A stretch of DNA of 64,000 nucleotides from Chloroflexi bacterium UBA4730. GTDB lineage: Bacteria; Chloroflexota; Limnocylindria; P2-11E. The notes under the pieces were generated by a model, which saw only the letters and a program-made list of their open reading frames with translations, did no database searches and was not told where the DNA came from. A program made the translations under genes and the position numbers. Where the stretch lies: the NCBI GenBank assembly GCA_002404155.1, contig DHJC01000081.1, positions 4,520-68,519 of the forward strand. Reading direction: 5' to 3'. Below are positions 33,713-42,677 of this stretch, in pieces; positions within the stretch are counted from its first letter, which is position 1; every line of letters starts with the position of its first letter.

Positions 33713-34761
33713 TACACGACCTCCGCGGGCTCGCGCTGTTGCGTGGCGGCCGCGGCCTCCGGACCGAATTCGCGCTTCGGGAGCCAGGGCATCATCGCTC
33801 GCAGCGAGCGGCCGACACGCTCGATCTGCGAGTCCCGCTCCTTCGCGCGCGTCGCGAGCAGCTCGGGCGCGCCGTTTCGGGCTTCGGCGATCCAGCGCTT
33901 CGCGAAGCTGCCGTCACGGACCTCCGCGAGGATGTCGCGCATCGTCTGACGCACTCGCTCGTCGATGACCCGCTTTCCCGACACGTAGTCCCCGTACTCC
34001 GCCGTGTCGCTCACCGAGTAGCGCATGTACGAGAGCCCGCCTTCATACATCAGGTCGACGATGAGCTTCATCTCGTTCAGGCACTCGAAGTACGCGATCT
34101 CGGGTTGATAGCCGGCGTCGACGAGGGTCTCGAAGCCGGCCTTCACCAGCTCGGAGATGCCGCCGCAGAGCACCGCCTGCTCACCGAACAGGTCCGTCTC
34201 GACCTCCTCGGCGAACGTCGTCTCGATGACGCCCGCCCGCGTCGAGCCGACGGCGCGGGCGTACGCGAGGGCGGTGCGCTTCGCGTGACCGCTGGCGTCC
34301 TGATGCACCGCGACGAGCGCCGGCACGCCCTTGCCTTCGACGAACAGCTCGCGCATCCGGTGCCCCGGGGCCTTCGGCGCGATGAGCACGACGTCGATGT
34401 CCGGTGAGGCCTCGATCTCCTTGAAGTGCACGGAGAACGCGTGCGCGACCACGATCGTCTTGCCGCGGCCGAGCGACGACGCGATGGTCTCGTACACCGC
34501 GCGGTGTTTCGGATCCGGGACGAGGATGACCACGATGTCGGCGTTGCGCGCCGCGTCGGCGACCTCGCGCACATCGAAGCCGTCACGCTCCGCGACCGCC
34601 CAGCTCTTGCTGCCGGCGGCAAGGCCGATCACGACCTCGCACCCGCTGTCGCGAAGGTTCTGGGCGTGGGCGTGGCCTTGGCTCCCGTACCCGATGACCG
34701 CGATGGTCTTTCCCGCGAGCGCTCGGGGGTCCGCGTCGTTGTCGTAGTAGATCGTGGCCAT
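33712..34761 (-). CDS. ilvC: Ketol-acid reductoisomerase
   Basis: 349 aa with the NADP-binding [17 protein letters not shown] motif and class-I KARI length. Confidence 0.95.
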   Translation of the reverse strand: MATIYYDNDADPRALAGKTIAVIGYGSQGHAHAQNLRDSGCEVVIGLAAGSKSWAVAERDGFDVREVADAARNADIVVILVPDPKHRAVYETIASSLGRGKTIVVAHAFSVHFKEIEASPDIDVVLIAPKAPGHRMRELFVEGKGVPALVAVHQDASGHAKRTALAYARAVGSTRAGVIETTFAEEVETDLFGEQAVLCGGISELVKAGFETLVDAGYQPEIAYFECLNEMKLIVDLMYEGGLSYMRYSVSDTAEYGDYVSGKRVIDERVRQTMRDILAEVRDGSFAKRWIAEARNGAPELLATRAKERDSQIERVGRSLRAMMPWLPKREFGPEAAAATQQREPAEVV

Positions 34762-34781
34762 CTGCTGCCTCCTCAGTTACT

Positions 34782-35027
34782 TCAGGCTGCGTCGTCGCGC
34801 AGCCGCGCGGTGCGCACATCGACAAGGGTGCTGAACTGCTTGAGCGCAAGCGCCGCTTCCTGCGGCACGGCGCCGGCGCGGATGCGGACCGACCAGCGGC
34901 CATCGCCCGCGATGTCGGCGCAGAAGGACCTGACGCCGAGGCCCCGTCGGCGCACGACCGAGAGGACGCGCTCGATTGCACCCGGGACCGCGTCGACGGT
35001 GAGCTCGAAGGTGTGCTGCGGGTCCAT
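34782..35027 (-). CDS. ilvN: Acetolactate synthase small (regulatory) subunit, short ACT-only form
   Basis: 81 aa from MDPQHTFELTVDAVPGAIERVLSVVRRRG..., an ACT fold. ATG shares one nucleotide with the ilvB TGA. Shorter than the usual ~165-aa IlvN. Confidence 0.65.
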   Translation of the reverse strand: MDPQHTFELTVDAVPGAIERVLSVVRRRGLGVRSFCADIAGDGRWSVRIRAGAVPQEAALALKQFSTLVDVRTARLRDDAA

Positions 35028-36736
35028 CAGCGCGCCGGCTCCTCGATGAGGTCCGCGTTCGCGCCGCCCGGCGGCACGATCGGCCACACATTGGCCTCGC
35101 GCTCGATGCGGATGTCGAGCACCACCGGCCCCGGATGCGCCTTCGCTCGCGAGAGCGCCGGGCCGAGCTCGCTGCGCCGCTCGACGCGAAGACCGAGCAC
35201 GTCGTACGCGTCGGCCAGCTTCACGTAATCCGGGCTGCTGATCGGCGTCTGCGAGATCCGGCCGTCGTGGAAGAGCTGCTGCCACTGGCGGACCATGCCG
35301 AGGTACCCGTTGTTGAGGATCGCGAGCTTCACCGGCGTGCTCTCTTGCACGGCCGTCCCGAGCTCGTGGATCGTCATCTGGGCCCCGCCGTCGCCGGCGA
35401 TCGCCCAGACCTCCGATGACGGGCGACCCAGCTGCGCGCCGATCGCGGCCGGGAGGGCGTAGCCCATGGCCCCGAGGCCGCCGGACGTGAGGAAGCGGTC
35501 GGGGTGCGTGAGCCGGAGATGCTGTGCCGCCCACATTTGGTGCTGGCCGACATCCGCGACGAAATACGCGTCGTCGCTCGCCGTCTCGCGGATGGCGCGC
35601 ACGACGACCCGCGGCGGGAGCTCGACCCGATCCTCGTACGCCGCGAGGCGCGGTCGGGTGCGCTCCGCCGTCGCGCGGGCGCGCCACTCGGGACGGGAGA
35701 CGGGCTCGAGGCGCGCCGCGAGCGCGAACAGCACGGCCGCGGCGTCGGCGACGATGCCGATCGCGGTCGGGACGTTCTTTCCGATCTGGGTCGGGTCGAT
35801 GTCCGCATGGATGATCTGGGCCCCGGCCGCGAAGGCGCTGATCTTCCCGGTCACTCGATCATCGAACCGAAGGCCCACTCCGAGGAGCACATCCGCCTCG
35901 TTCACCATCCGGTTGGCGTTCGCGCTGCCGTGCATCCCAAGCATCCCGGACGCGAGCGGATGATCCTCGGGCAGCGCCCCGATCCCGAGCAGCGTCGTGA
36001 CCACCGGCGCGTCGATCCGTTCGGCGAGGGCCCGGAGCTCGGCGTGCGCTCGGGCGAGCCGGACCCCGTGGCCCGCGACGATCACCGGACGCTTCGCGCG
36101 AGCGAGGAGGGTCGCCGCGCGGTCGAGCTCCCGTGGATCGGCCCCGGACGGAGCCCGAACCTCGGGGGGTGGTGTCGACCGCGCGGCGAGCATGCGGATC
36201 TGGATGTCTTTGGGAATGTCGACGACGACCGGGCCGGGACGGCCCGCGCGGGCGACCGCGAACGCGCGATGGATCGTCGGCTCGATCTCGTCGACGCGGC
36301 GGACGAGATACGAATGCTTCGTGATCGGGCCGGTCAGGCCGATGACGTCGGTCTCCTGGAACGCGTCGCGGCCCATGAGCGGCATGGAGACCTGGCCCGT
36401 GATCGCGACCACAGCAACGCTGTCCATGTACGCGCAGGCGAGTCCCGTGACGAGGTTCGTCGCGCCTGGACCCGAGGTCGCCACGCACACCCCGACGCGC
36501 CCGGTCGCGCGCGCGTAGCCGTCGGCCATGTGGGCGGCGCCCTGCTCGTGTCGGACGAGCACGTGGTGGATGCGCGGGTGATCGGGCAACGCGTCGTAGA
36601 GCGGGAGGCACGCGCCGCCGGGATAGCCGAATACGACATCCGCGCCCGCATACTCCAGCGCGCGCCACACGAGATCGGCGCCGCGGTGTGCGACGGCATC
36701 CGCCTCGGGCATCGCCGTCTTCGCCAGTGTCGCCAT
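35027..36736 (-). CDS. ilvB: Acetolactate synthase large subunit
   Basis: 569 aa, ThDP enzyme with the GDG...NN motif (IAGDGGAQMTIHELGTAVQESTPVKLAILNN) and an FAD-binding middle domain. Confidence 0.9.
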   Translation of the reverse strand: MATLAKTAMPEADAVAHRGADLVWRALEYAGADVVFGYPGGACLPLYDALPDHPRIHHVLVRHEQGAAHMADGYARATGRVGVCVATSGPGATNLVTGLACAYMDSVAVVAITGQVSMPLMGRDAFQETDVIGLTGPITKHSYLVRRVDEIEPTIHRAFAVARAGRPGPVVVDIPKDIQIRMLAARSTPPPEVRAPSGADPRELDRAATLLARAKRPVIVAGHGVRLARAHAELRALAERIDAPVVTTLLGIGALPEDHPLASGMLGMHGSANANRMVNEADVLLGVGLRFDDRVTGKISAFAAGAQIIHADIDPTQIGKNVPTAIGIVADAAAVLFALAARLEPVSRPEWRARATAERTRPRLAAYEDRVELPPRVVVRAIRETASDDAYFVADVGQHQMWAAQHLRLTHPDRFLTSGGLGAMGYALPAAIGAQLGRPSSEVWAIAGDGGAQMTIHELGTAVQESTPVKLAILNNGYLGMVRQWQQLFHDGRISQTPISSPDYVKLADAYDVLGLRVERRSELGPALSRAKAHPGPVVLDIRIEREANVWPIVPPGGANADLIEEPAR

Positions 36737-36764
36737 CGCGGTCGCCTCCTTCTCTCAAGCTGGA

Positions 36765-36800
36765 AATGAAGGAGCCTCCCGTTGCCGGGAGGCCTTCGCT
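36765..36800 (-). terminator. Attenuator terminator hairpin upstream of ilvB (GAAGGCCUCCCGG-CAAC-GGGAGGCUCCUUC + AUUUCC)
   Basis: Perfect 8–12-bp GC-rich stem 30 nt upstream of the ilvB RBS AGAAGGAGG. Its 5' half is complementary to the leader-distal CUGGGAGGC segment. Confidence 0.6.
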
Positions 36801-36823
36801 CGTCAGGTGCGTGGTGTGTGCCG

Positions 36824-36898
36824 CTAGCCTCCCAGCCGTCTCCCGTCGCCCTCAATAAGGACGATGCCGATAAGCGAAACGACGACGAGGCGGCGCAT
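36824..36898 (-). CDS. ilvB attenuator leader peptide MRRLVVVSLIGIVLIEGDGRRLGG (24 aa)
   Basis: ATG at 36898, TAG at 36824. 12 of 24 residues are Val/Leu/Ile. Followed by an antiterminator segment (CUGGGAGGC) and the terminator hairpin. Confidence 0.6.
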   Translation of the reverse strand: MRRLVVVSLIGIVLIEGDGRRLGG

Positions 36899-36987
36899 CT
36901 GAACGGACCATGACGGACGCGCGCAGGCTGCGTCAACGGCCCACCGAAAGTCGGTGCACGTTGCACAGCCATGACGGCCAAGACCGA

Positions 36988-37683
36988 TCACGACGCGAGC
37001 TGGTCGAGAGCGGTCTGGCCCAACACGGCGAGGTACAGCGTCATGCGCTGGTCGGCGTCCTCGAGGTCAGCGCCCGTGAGCTCGCCGATCCGCTTCAGGC
37101 GCTGTCGCACGGTGTTCCGGTGCAGGAACAGCGCCCGGGCCACGCCGTTCACGCTGCCGTGGGCGCGCAGGAACTCCTCCAGGGTGCGCAGCTCGTCGCG
37201 CTGCGCGCGTTCGGCGAGCGGGCCGAGGATCGCTTTACAGAAGCTGCGGATCTCTTCTGTCGGCCGGCCGAGCACGAAGCAGTACGGGCCAAGGTCGCCG
37301 AACGCGGTGATGCGGCCATGGCCATACAGCGCGCGGCCCAGTCGTACCGCCTGTTCCGCATGCAGCGCCACGAGGCGCAGCGGGTGCTGGCGGTCGCGCG
37401 GTCCGCCAACCCCCACGGACAGCGTCGTGTCGCCGAGGCGCTCGCCGACCGTGGTTCGCAGCGCCTCGGCCGCGACGCGGGGATCGCTTTCCGCGGAGAG
37501 CCGCTGGACCGCGATGATCGTCGGGCCGCGCGTGCCGATGAGCCGGGCGTCCGGCGGGAGCGCAGCAAGGACCGCACGTTGCAGCAGGCGCATGCCGCTC
37601 GACGGCGCGCCCTGGAACGCCAGCGCGTACGTCCGCGATGCCGCGGTCTCCAGCGGCGTCGCTCGCTCCGGCCGCGGGTCCAT
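36988..37683 (-). CDS. PucR/CdaR-family transcriptional regulator (C-terminal PucR HTH)
   Basis: 231 aa with the C-terminal LRTLEEFLRAHGSVNGVARALFLHRNTVRQRLKRIGELTG motif. Confidence 0.75.
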   Translation of the reverse strand: MDPRPERATPLETAASRTYALAFQGAPSSGMRLLQRAVLAALPPDARLIGTRGPTIIAVQRLSAESDPRVAAEALRTTVGERLGDTTLSVGVGGPRDRQHPLRLVALHAEQAVRLGRALYGHGRITAFGDLGPYCFVLGRPTEEIRSFCKAILGPLAERAQRDELRTLEEFLRAHGSVNGVARALFLHRNTVRQRLKRIGELTGADLEDADQRMTLYLAVLGQTALDQLAS

Positions 37684-37707
37684 CGCCGCGCTCCTTTCTC
37701 CGCCTGG

Positions 37708-37740
37708 AAACGAAAAGACCTCCCGTTCCTGGGAGGTCCT
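37708..37740 (-). terminator. Attenuator terminator hairpin upstream of the PucR-family regulator
   Basis: 8-bp GC stem GACCUCCC/GGGAGGUC followed by a U-rich tract. Leader-distal GCUGGGAGG can pair with its 5' half as an antiterminator. Confidence 0.55.
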
Positions 37741-37766
37741 CTGCGGTGTCGGTCTCGGTGGTCGCG

Positions 37767-37853
37767 CTACGCGGTGTTGGCGTTCCTCCCAGCATCGTTC
37801 AAGCCCCCGATAAGGAGCTCAATCACGATGATGTGAAGGACGACGGACCGCAT
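37767..37853 (-). CDS. Second BCAA-rich leader peptide MRSVVLHIIVIELLIGGLNDAGRNANTA (28 aa) upstream of the PucR regulator
   Basis: ATG at 37853, TAG at 37767. Run of VVLHIIVIELLI. Downstream terminator GACCUCCCAGGAACGGGAGGUC + UUUUCGUUUCC at ~37708–37740. Near-duplicate of the ilvB leader region. Confidence 0.6.
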   Translation of the reverse strand: MRSVVLHIIVIELLIGGLNDAGRNANTA

Positions 37854-37938
37854 CGCCAGAACGGTACCACCGCTTGCCTGCTCGGCCAAGCCTCGATCCA
37901 CGACGCGGTCCGGGATCGATACCCGACCGGGGGCGGCG

Positions 37939-38580
37939 CTAGTAGGTCCGGCCACGCTGCCGCGCGATGTCGAAGCTGGCCGTTCTGGCGACCGCCATGA
38001 CCGCCATGACCCCGGCCTGCACAGGGTCACTGACGATGAGATCCGCCGCCTTCGGCGCCGAACCGGCCATATTCAGGCTCACCACCAGAATGCCGTGCCG
38101 CCGGACCTCTTCGACCGCGGCGGTGATCTCGCCGCCCATCAGCGCGCCCGCGAGCACGAGGGCCACGGCCCGCGGCAGTCGCGCGACCGCGCGGACCGCC
38201 GCCGCGAGGGTCTGCTCCCCCACGATCGGGATCGTGTCGATGCTGATCTTCTCGCCGCGGATGTTGTGGCGGTCGGCCTCCGAGATCGCGCCGAGGGCCA
38301 CCTGGCCGACCTGGGCCCCGCCGCCCACAACGATGATCCGCTTGCCGTAGACCTCGGCCATCGTGGGCACGATCTCGACCTGCGCGAGTACATCGAGTGC
38401 CCGGAGATCGGCGACCAGTCGGTCGATGTCCGCGCCGGACGGTAGGTCGATCTCGACATGGACCCGGGCGCGCTCGCCGCGCTCGGGGATCTCGATCCCG
38501 GTGATGTTCCCGCTGTGGGCAAGGATGACAGTCGTGATCGCGTGGAGCGTGCCCGGCCGGTCCACGCCTTCGCACACGAG
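37939..38580 (-). CDS. ACT-domain protein with C-terminal Rossmann-like (CoA-binding/DRTGG-like) domain
   Basis: N-terminal ACT segment VCEGVDRPGTLHAITTVILAHSGNITGIEI...; C-terminal RIIVVGGGAQVGQVALGAI... Start taken as GTG at 38580; upstream ORF part is Arg-rich artefact. Confidence 0.55.
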   Translation of the reverse strand, partial: LVCEGVDRPGTLHAITTVILAHSGNITGIEIPERGERARVHVEIDLPSGADIDRLVADLRALDVLAQVEIVPTMAEVYGKRIIVVGGGAQVGQVALGAISEADRHNIRGEKISIDTIPIVGEQTLAAAVRAVARLPRAVALVLAGALMGGEITAAVEEVRRHGILVVSLNMAGSAPKAADLIVSDPVQAGVMAVMAVARTASFDIARQRGRTY

Positions 38581-38759
38581 CGCGACGCAGCTCGGCGCGG
38601 TGGCGCCGGGTCGCTCAGCCTGCGGCAATCGACGTAGTAAGCACCTCGACACCGGCCGTCGCAAGCCCCGTGCACGGTGCACACCGCGACGATGGACCCG
38701 GGGCCGAGGATCGTCGATGACGCGCGTTGGGCACGTGCTCCCATCGATAGACTCGACGC

Positions 38760-39578
38760 GTGCCCATCTGCGCGATCCTCTTCGACCTCGACAACACCCT
38801 GCTGCTCGAGGACGAGGCGACGGAGGACGCACTCCGACAGACGTGCGCGCTCGCGGCACGGCGGGCCGGCGTCGACGCGCGGCCCGTCCAGGTAGCGGCA
38901 CAGGAGGCCGCGGACGCGCTGTTCCGCGCTTCGCCGACCTTCGCCTACGCCGACGCGATGGGAATCTGGTGGGGCGAAGCCCTCTGGGGCGATTTTGCCG
39001 GCGACCAGAAGGGCCTCGTCGCGCTGCGAGCCTTCGTACCCGGCTTCCGCCGCGAGGTCTGGAGCCGCGCGCTCTCAGCCGCGGCCGTCACCGACGAAGC
39101 GCTCGTCGACGAGCTGGCGGCGGCGTACCCCGCCTTGCGCCGCGCGCTCCGCCCGATCGACCCCGAGGCGGACGCCACGCTCGACGACCTCGGCCGCGAT
39201 CACCGGCTCGCACTGGTGACCAACGGCGCGCCCGACCTACAGCGCGAAAAGCTCGCAGGGACCACGCTCGCCGGGCACTTCGCCGCGATCGTAATCTCGG
39301 CCGAGGTCGGCGCCGGGAAGCCCGACCCGCGGATCTTCCGTGCCGCGCTGGATGCGCTCGACGTCGCGAGCACGGATGCGGTGATGGTCGGCGACAGCCT
39401 GGAGCGAGACATCGCCGGTGCCCGGCGCGCGGGGCTGCGCAGCGTCTGGCTCGACCGCGCGGGCGGCGGCGCGAGCGGCGGCCCGGTCGTCCCTGACGCC
39501 CGGATCCAAACGCTCGGCGAGCTGCGCACATCGTTGATCGGCCTCGAGCGCGTCGACGCGTTCCCGCAGCCGGCGTGA
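38760..39578 (+). CDS. HAD-superfamily hydrolase (subfamily IA)
   Basis: Motif I AILFDLDNTLL, motif II LVTNG, motif III K...GDS.ERDI. Confidence 0.8.
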   Translation: MPICAILFDLDNTLLLEDEATEDALRQTCALAARRAGVDARPVQVAAQEAADALFRASPTFAYADAMGIWWGEALWGDFAGDQKGLVALRAFVPGFRREVWSRALSAAAVTDEALVDELAAAYPALRRALRPIDPEADATLDDLGRDHRLALVTNGAPDLQREKLAGTTLAGHFAAIVISAEVGAGKPDPRIFRAALDALDVASTDAVMVGDSLERDIAGARRAGLRSVWLDRAGGGASGGPVVPDARIQTLGELRTSLIGLERVDAFPQPA

Positions 39579-40771
39579 AGGGCGCGCTGCCGCGCGGCTT
39601 CCGCGACATCCTGCCCACCGAAGCACGTGAGCTCCAGGCGATCGAGCGCACGCTCATGAGCGCCTTCGCGCAGTACGGGTACGTGCCGTTGGAGCCGCCG
39701 ACCGTGGAGTTCGCAGAGAGCGCGGTCACGGTCGACGAGCGGCGGACGCTGCGGTTCCTCGATCGGGACGGCCGGCTCCTCGCCCTCCGCCCGGACGTGA
39801 CGACTGCGGTGGCGCGGGTGGTCGCGCAGCGCTACCGGCAGGCCGACGCCACGCTGCGGCTCGCGTACTTCGCGCCGATCTTCCGTGAAGAGGCCTCGAT
39901 GCGCGGATCCGAACGCGAGTACGACCAGGCGGGCGTCGAGCTCATCGGCGACCCAACGCTGCGCGCGGATGCCGAGGTGATCGCGCTCCTCGCCGACGCG
40001 CTCGCGCGGTGCGGGCTGCTCGCGGCGGACATCGACATCGGCCACGTCGGCTTCGTCGATGGCTTCATCGCGGAGCTGCCGGCCGACGCGCGCGATGCGG
40101 CCGGCGCCGCCGCGCGTTCGGGCGACCTGGTCGGCACCGTCTCGCTCGCGCGCGCCGCCGGGATGAGAGCGGTCCGGATCGCGGCGCTCGAGCGCGGCCT
40201 CCGGCATCGCTCGACCGATCTCGCCGCTCTCCGCGCCGACGCGCCCGCCGCGTCGCAGCGCGCCCTGGACACGCTCGATACGCTCCGGCCGCTCCTCGAG
40301 GCGGCCGGCGTCGGCGGGGCCATCCGGTTCGATCTCGGATTCATCCCGGCGCTCCCCTATTACACCGGCGTCGTGTTCCAGGTCACCGTCCCGGATCTCG
40401 GATTCCCCATCGCCACCGGCGGACGGTACGACGGGCTCCTCGCCCGGTTCGGCGCCGATCGCGCGGCCACCGGCTTCGGTATCGCGGTCCCGCATCTGCA
40501 CCAGGCCCTCGTGACGGCCGGTTGGCAGGCGCCGGCGGGATCGCCACTGCTCGTGCTCGCGCCGGATGACGGCGACGATGCGGCCACCCTCAGCGTCGCC
40601 GCGGCCCTGCGCGCCGCGGGGATCGCGGTCGCGATCGGGGACGTCGCCGAGAGCGCGGGGCAGGACGTCCGCCGCGCGCGGGTGATCGACGAGGCGCACC
40701 TCGAATACGAAGGCGTCGTGCGCGCGCTCGACGCGGTCATCGCAGTATTGACCGCTGGCGAGCCCCGGTGA
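39575..40771 (+). CDS. hisZ: ATP phosphoribosyltransferase regulatory subunit HisZ
   Basis: 398 aa HisRS-like catalytic core without an anticodon-binding domain (LPRGFRDILP..., motif 2/3 remnants). 4-nt overlap with short-form hisG. Confidence 0.85.
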   Translation: MKGALPRGFRDILPTEARELQAIERTLMSAFAQYGYVPLEPPTVEFAESAVTVDERRTLRFLDRDGRLLALRPDVTTAVARVVAQRYRQADATLRLAYFAPIFREEASMRGSEREYDQAGVELIGDPTLRADAEVIALLADALARCGLLAADIDIGHVGFVDGFIAELPADARDAAGAAARSGDLVGTVSLARAAGMRAVRIAALERGLRHRSTDLAALRADAPAASQRALDTLDTLRPLLEAAGVGGAIRFDLGFIPALPYYTGVVFQVTVPDLGFPIATGGRYDGLLARFGADRAATGFGIAVPHLHQALVTAGWQAPAGSPLLVLAPDDGDDAATLSVAAALRAAGIAVAIGDVAESAGQDVRRARVIDEAHLEYEGVVRALDAVIAVLTAGEPR

Positions 40772-41409
40772 GGCCGCTCCGCATCGCCCTGGCCCAGGGC
40801 ACATTGTTGGCCGACACCCGCGTCGCGCTCGCCGCAGCAGGCTTCGCGACCGACGCCCTCGCCGACGGCGGCCGCCGCCTCGTCGTCCCGGGCGCGGATG
40901 TCGAGTACGTGCTCGCCCGTCCGAGCGACGTGCCGACCCACGTCGCTCACGGTGCCGCGGACGTCGGCATCGTCGGGAAGGACGTGCTGCTCGAGAGCGA
41001 CGCCGAGGTCCTCGAGCTCGTTGATCTCAAGTACGGGCGGTGCCGCTTCGTCGTCGCGGCGCCCACGGACTTCATCGATCGCTCCCTGGACGAGTACCGG
41101 CACCTCGGCTCGCTCGAGGTCGCGACGAAGTACCCACGCGTCGCCGAACGACACTTCCAAGGCCGCGGGATCCAGGTCGAGATCATCAAGCTGAGCGGGT
41201 CGGTGGAGCTTGCCCCGCAGGTCGGCCTCGCCGATTGGATCGTCGACCTCGTGAGCACCGGTCGGACCCTGAAGGAGAACGGCCTCGCGATCATCGAGGA
41301 GATCGCGGTCTGCACCGCGCGGCTCATCGCGAACCGGGTGAGCTACGCGCGCGATCGCGAGCGCATCGCCGCGCTCGCGTCCAAGCTCGAAGCGTGGGCT
41401 GCGCGATGA
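40768..41409 (+). CDS. hisG: ATP phosphoribosyltransferase, short form
   Basis: 213 aa HisG_S with a PRPP-binding loop (DLVSTGRTLKENGL). Confidence 0.9.
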   Translation: MRPLRIALAQGTLLADTRVALAAAGFATDALADGGRRLVVPGADVEYVLARPSDVPTHVAHGAADVGIVGKDVLLESDAEVLELVDLKYGRCRFVVAAPTDFIDRSLDEYRHLGSLEVATKYPRVAERHFQGRGIQVEIIKLSGSVELAPQVGLADWIVDLVSTGRTLKENGLAIIEEIAVCTARLIANRVSYARDRERIAALASKLEAWAAR

Positions 41410-42659
41410 GCGGCCAAATCAGCCGGATCGGCGACCTCGCGGCGTTTCGCCGGGACGTGACGCGCCGTCGCGCGACCGCCGTCTTCGACGCGGCGGTGCT
41501 CCGGGCGACGCGACGAACGATCGCGGACGTCCGCCGGCGCCGCGATACCGCTGTCCTCACGAACGTGCGCCGGTTCGACCACGCCGGAGCGCGGGCCGGT
41601 GATCTCTGGATCGACGCGCGAACCCTTCGGTCCGCGGCCCGACGGTGCCCGCCCGAGCTGCGATCGGCGCTCGATCGCTCGTACGAGGCGATCCTCGCAT
41701 TCCACCGCAAGCAGCGGCCGACGCCGATCGCGCATCGCGGCGCCGCGTTCCGCGAGGTGCTCGTGCCACGGCCGCTCGCGCGGGTCGGGGGGTGCGTCCC
41801 ACGTGGCACGGTCGGGTATCCCTCGACCGCGCTGATGATCGGCGTGCCCGCTCGGGTTGCGGGTGTCGGCGACCTCGTGCTCGTGTCGCCGATGCCCGCC
41901 GACGGCAGCGTGGATCCGGCGCTCGCCTACGCGGCGACGAAGATCGGCGCGCGCGGTCTCTACCGCGCCGGCGGAGCGGCCGCGGTCGCGGCGCTCGCCT
42001 ACGGCACCCGGACGCTCGAGCGCGTCGACAAGATCGTCGGGCCCGGCAACGCGTACACCACCGCCGCGAAGTGGCTGGTCTCGGCCGACGTCGGGATCGA
42101 CGCGCTTCAGGGGCCGAGCGAGCTCGTGGTCATCGCATCGAAGGACGCGGATCCCGCGGCGATCGTCCTCGATCTCGAGGCTCAGGCCGAGCACGGCGGC
42201 CGGCCGTTCGCCGCGCTGCTCAGCGACGACGAGGGGATCCTCGCCGTGGTGCGTGCCGTCGTCTCCCGTCTCGACCGTGGCGATCGCGCGATCGGCCTGT
42301 ACCGCGTGCCGTCGCTCGCCGCGGCCGTGGAGGCTGCGGCGTTCGCGGCGCCGGAGCACCTCCACCTCGCGGGGACCCGCGCTGCGCGGCTCGTCGGGCG
42401 GACCCGCAACGCCGGCGCGGTCTTCGTCGGCACCCGGACGGCCGTGGCCTTCGGCGACTACGTCGCCGGCTCGAATCACTGCCTGCCGACGGGCGGCACG
42501 GCGCGGTGGGCATCGCCGCTACGGGTCGAGGACTTCGTCCATTGGACGACGGTGGTGACCGCGGGTCCGGACGTCGCCGCGGCCGCACGCGCCGGTGCGG
42601 CGATCGCGAAACACGAGGGGATGGACTTCCACGCGGCCTCGATGGAGCTGCGCGGCTAG
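41406..42659 (+). CDS. hisD: Histidinol dehydrogenase
   Basis: 417 aa from MSGQISRIGDL..; ATG overlaps the hisG stop. Conserved Zn/NAD residues (GPGNAYTTAAK, HCLPTGGTAR). Confidence 0.9.
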   Translation: MSGQISRIGDLAAFRRDVTRRRATAVFDAAVLRATRRTIADVRRRRDTAVLTNVRRFDHAGARAGDLWIDARTLRSAARRCPPELRSALDRSYEAILAFHRKQRPTPIAHRGAAFREVLVPRPLARVGGCVPRGTVGYPSTALMIGVPARVAGVGDLVLVSPMPADGSVDPALAYAATKIGARGLYRAGGAAAVAALAYGTRTLERVDKIVGPGNAYTTAAKWLVSADVGIDALQGPSELVVIASKDADPAAIVLDLEAQAEHGGRPFAALLSDDEGILAVVRAVVSRLDRGDRAIGLYRVPSLAAAVEAAAFAAPEHLHLAGTRAARLVGRTRNAGAVFVGTRTAVAFGDYVAGSNHCLPTGGTARWASPLRVEDFVHWTTVVTAGPDVAAAARAGAAIAKHEGMDFHAASMELRG

Positions 42660-42677
42660 CGATCATCGCCGCAGCGC

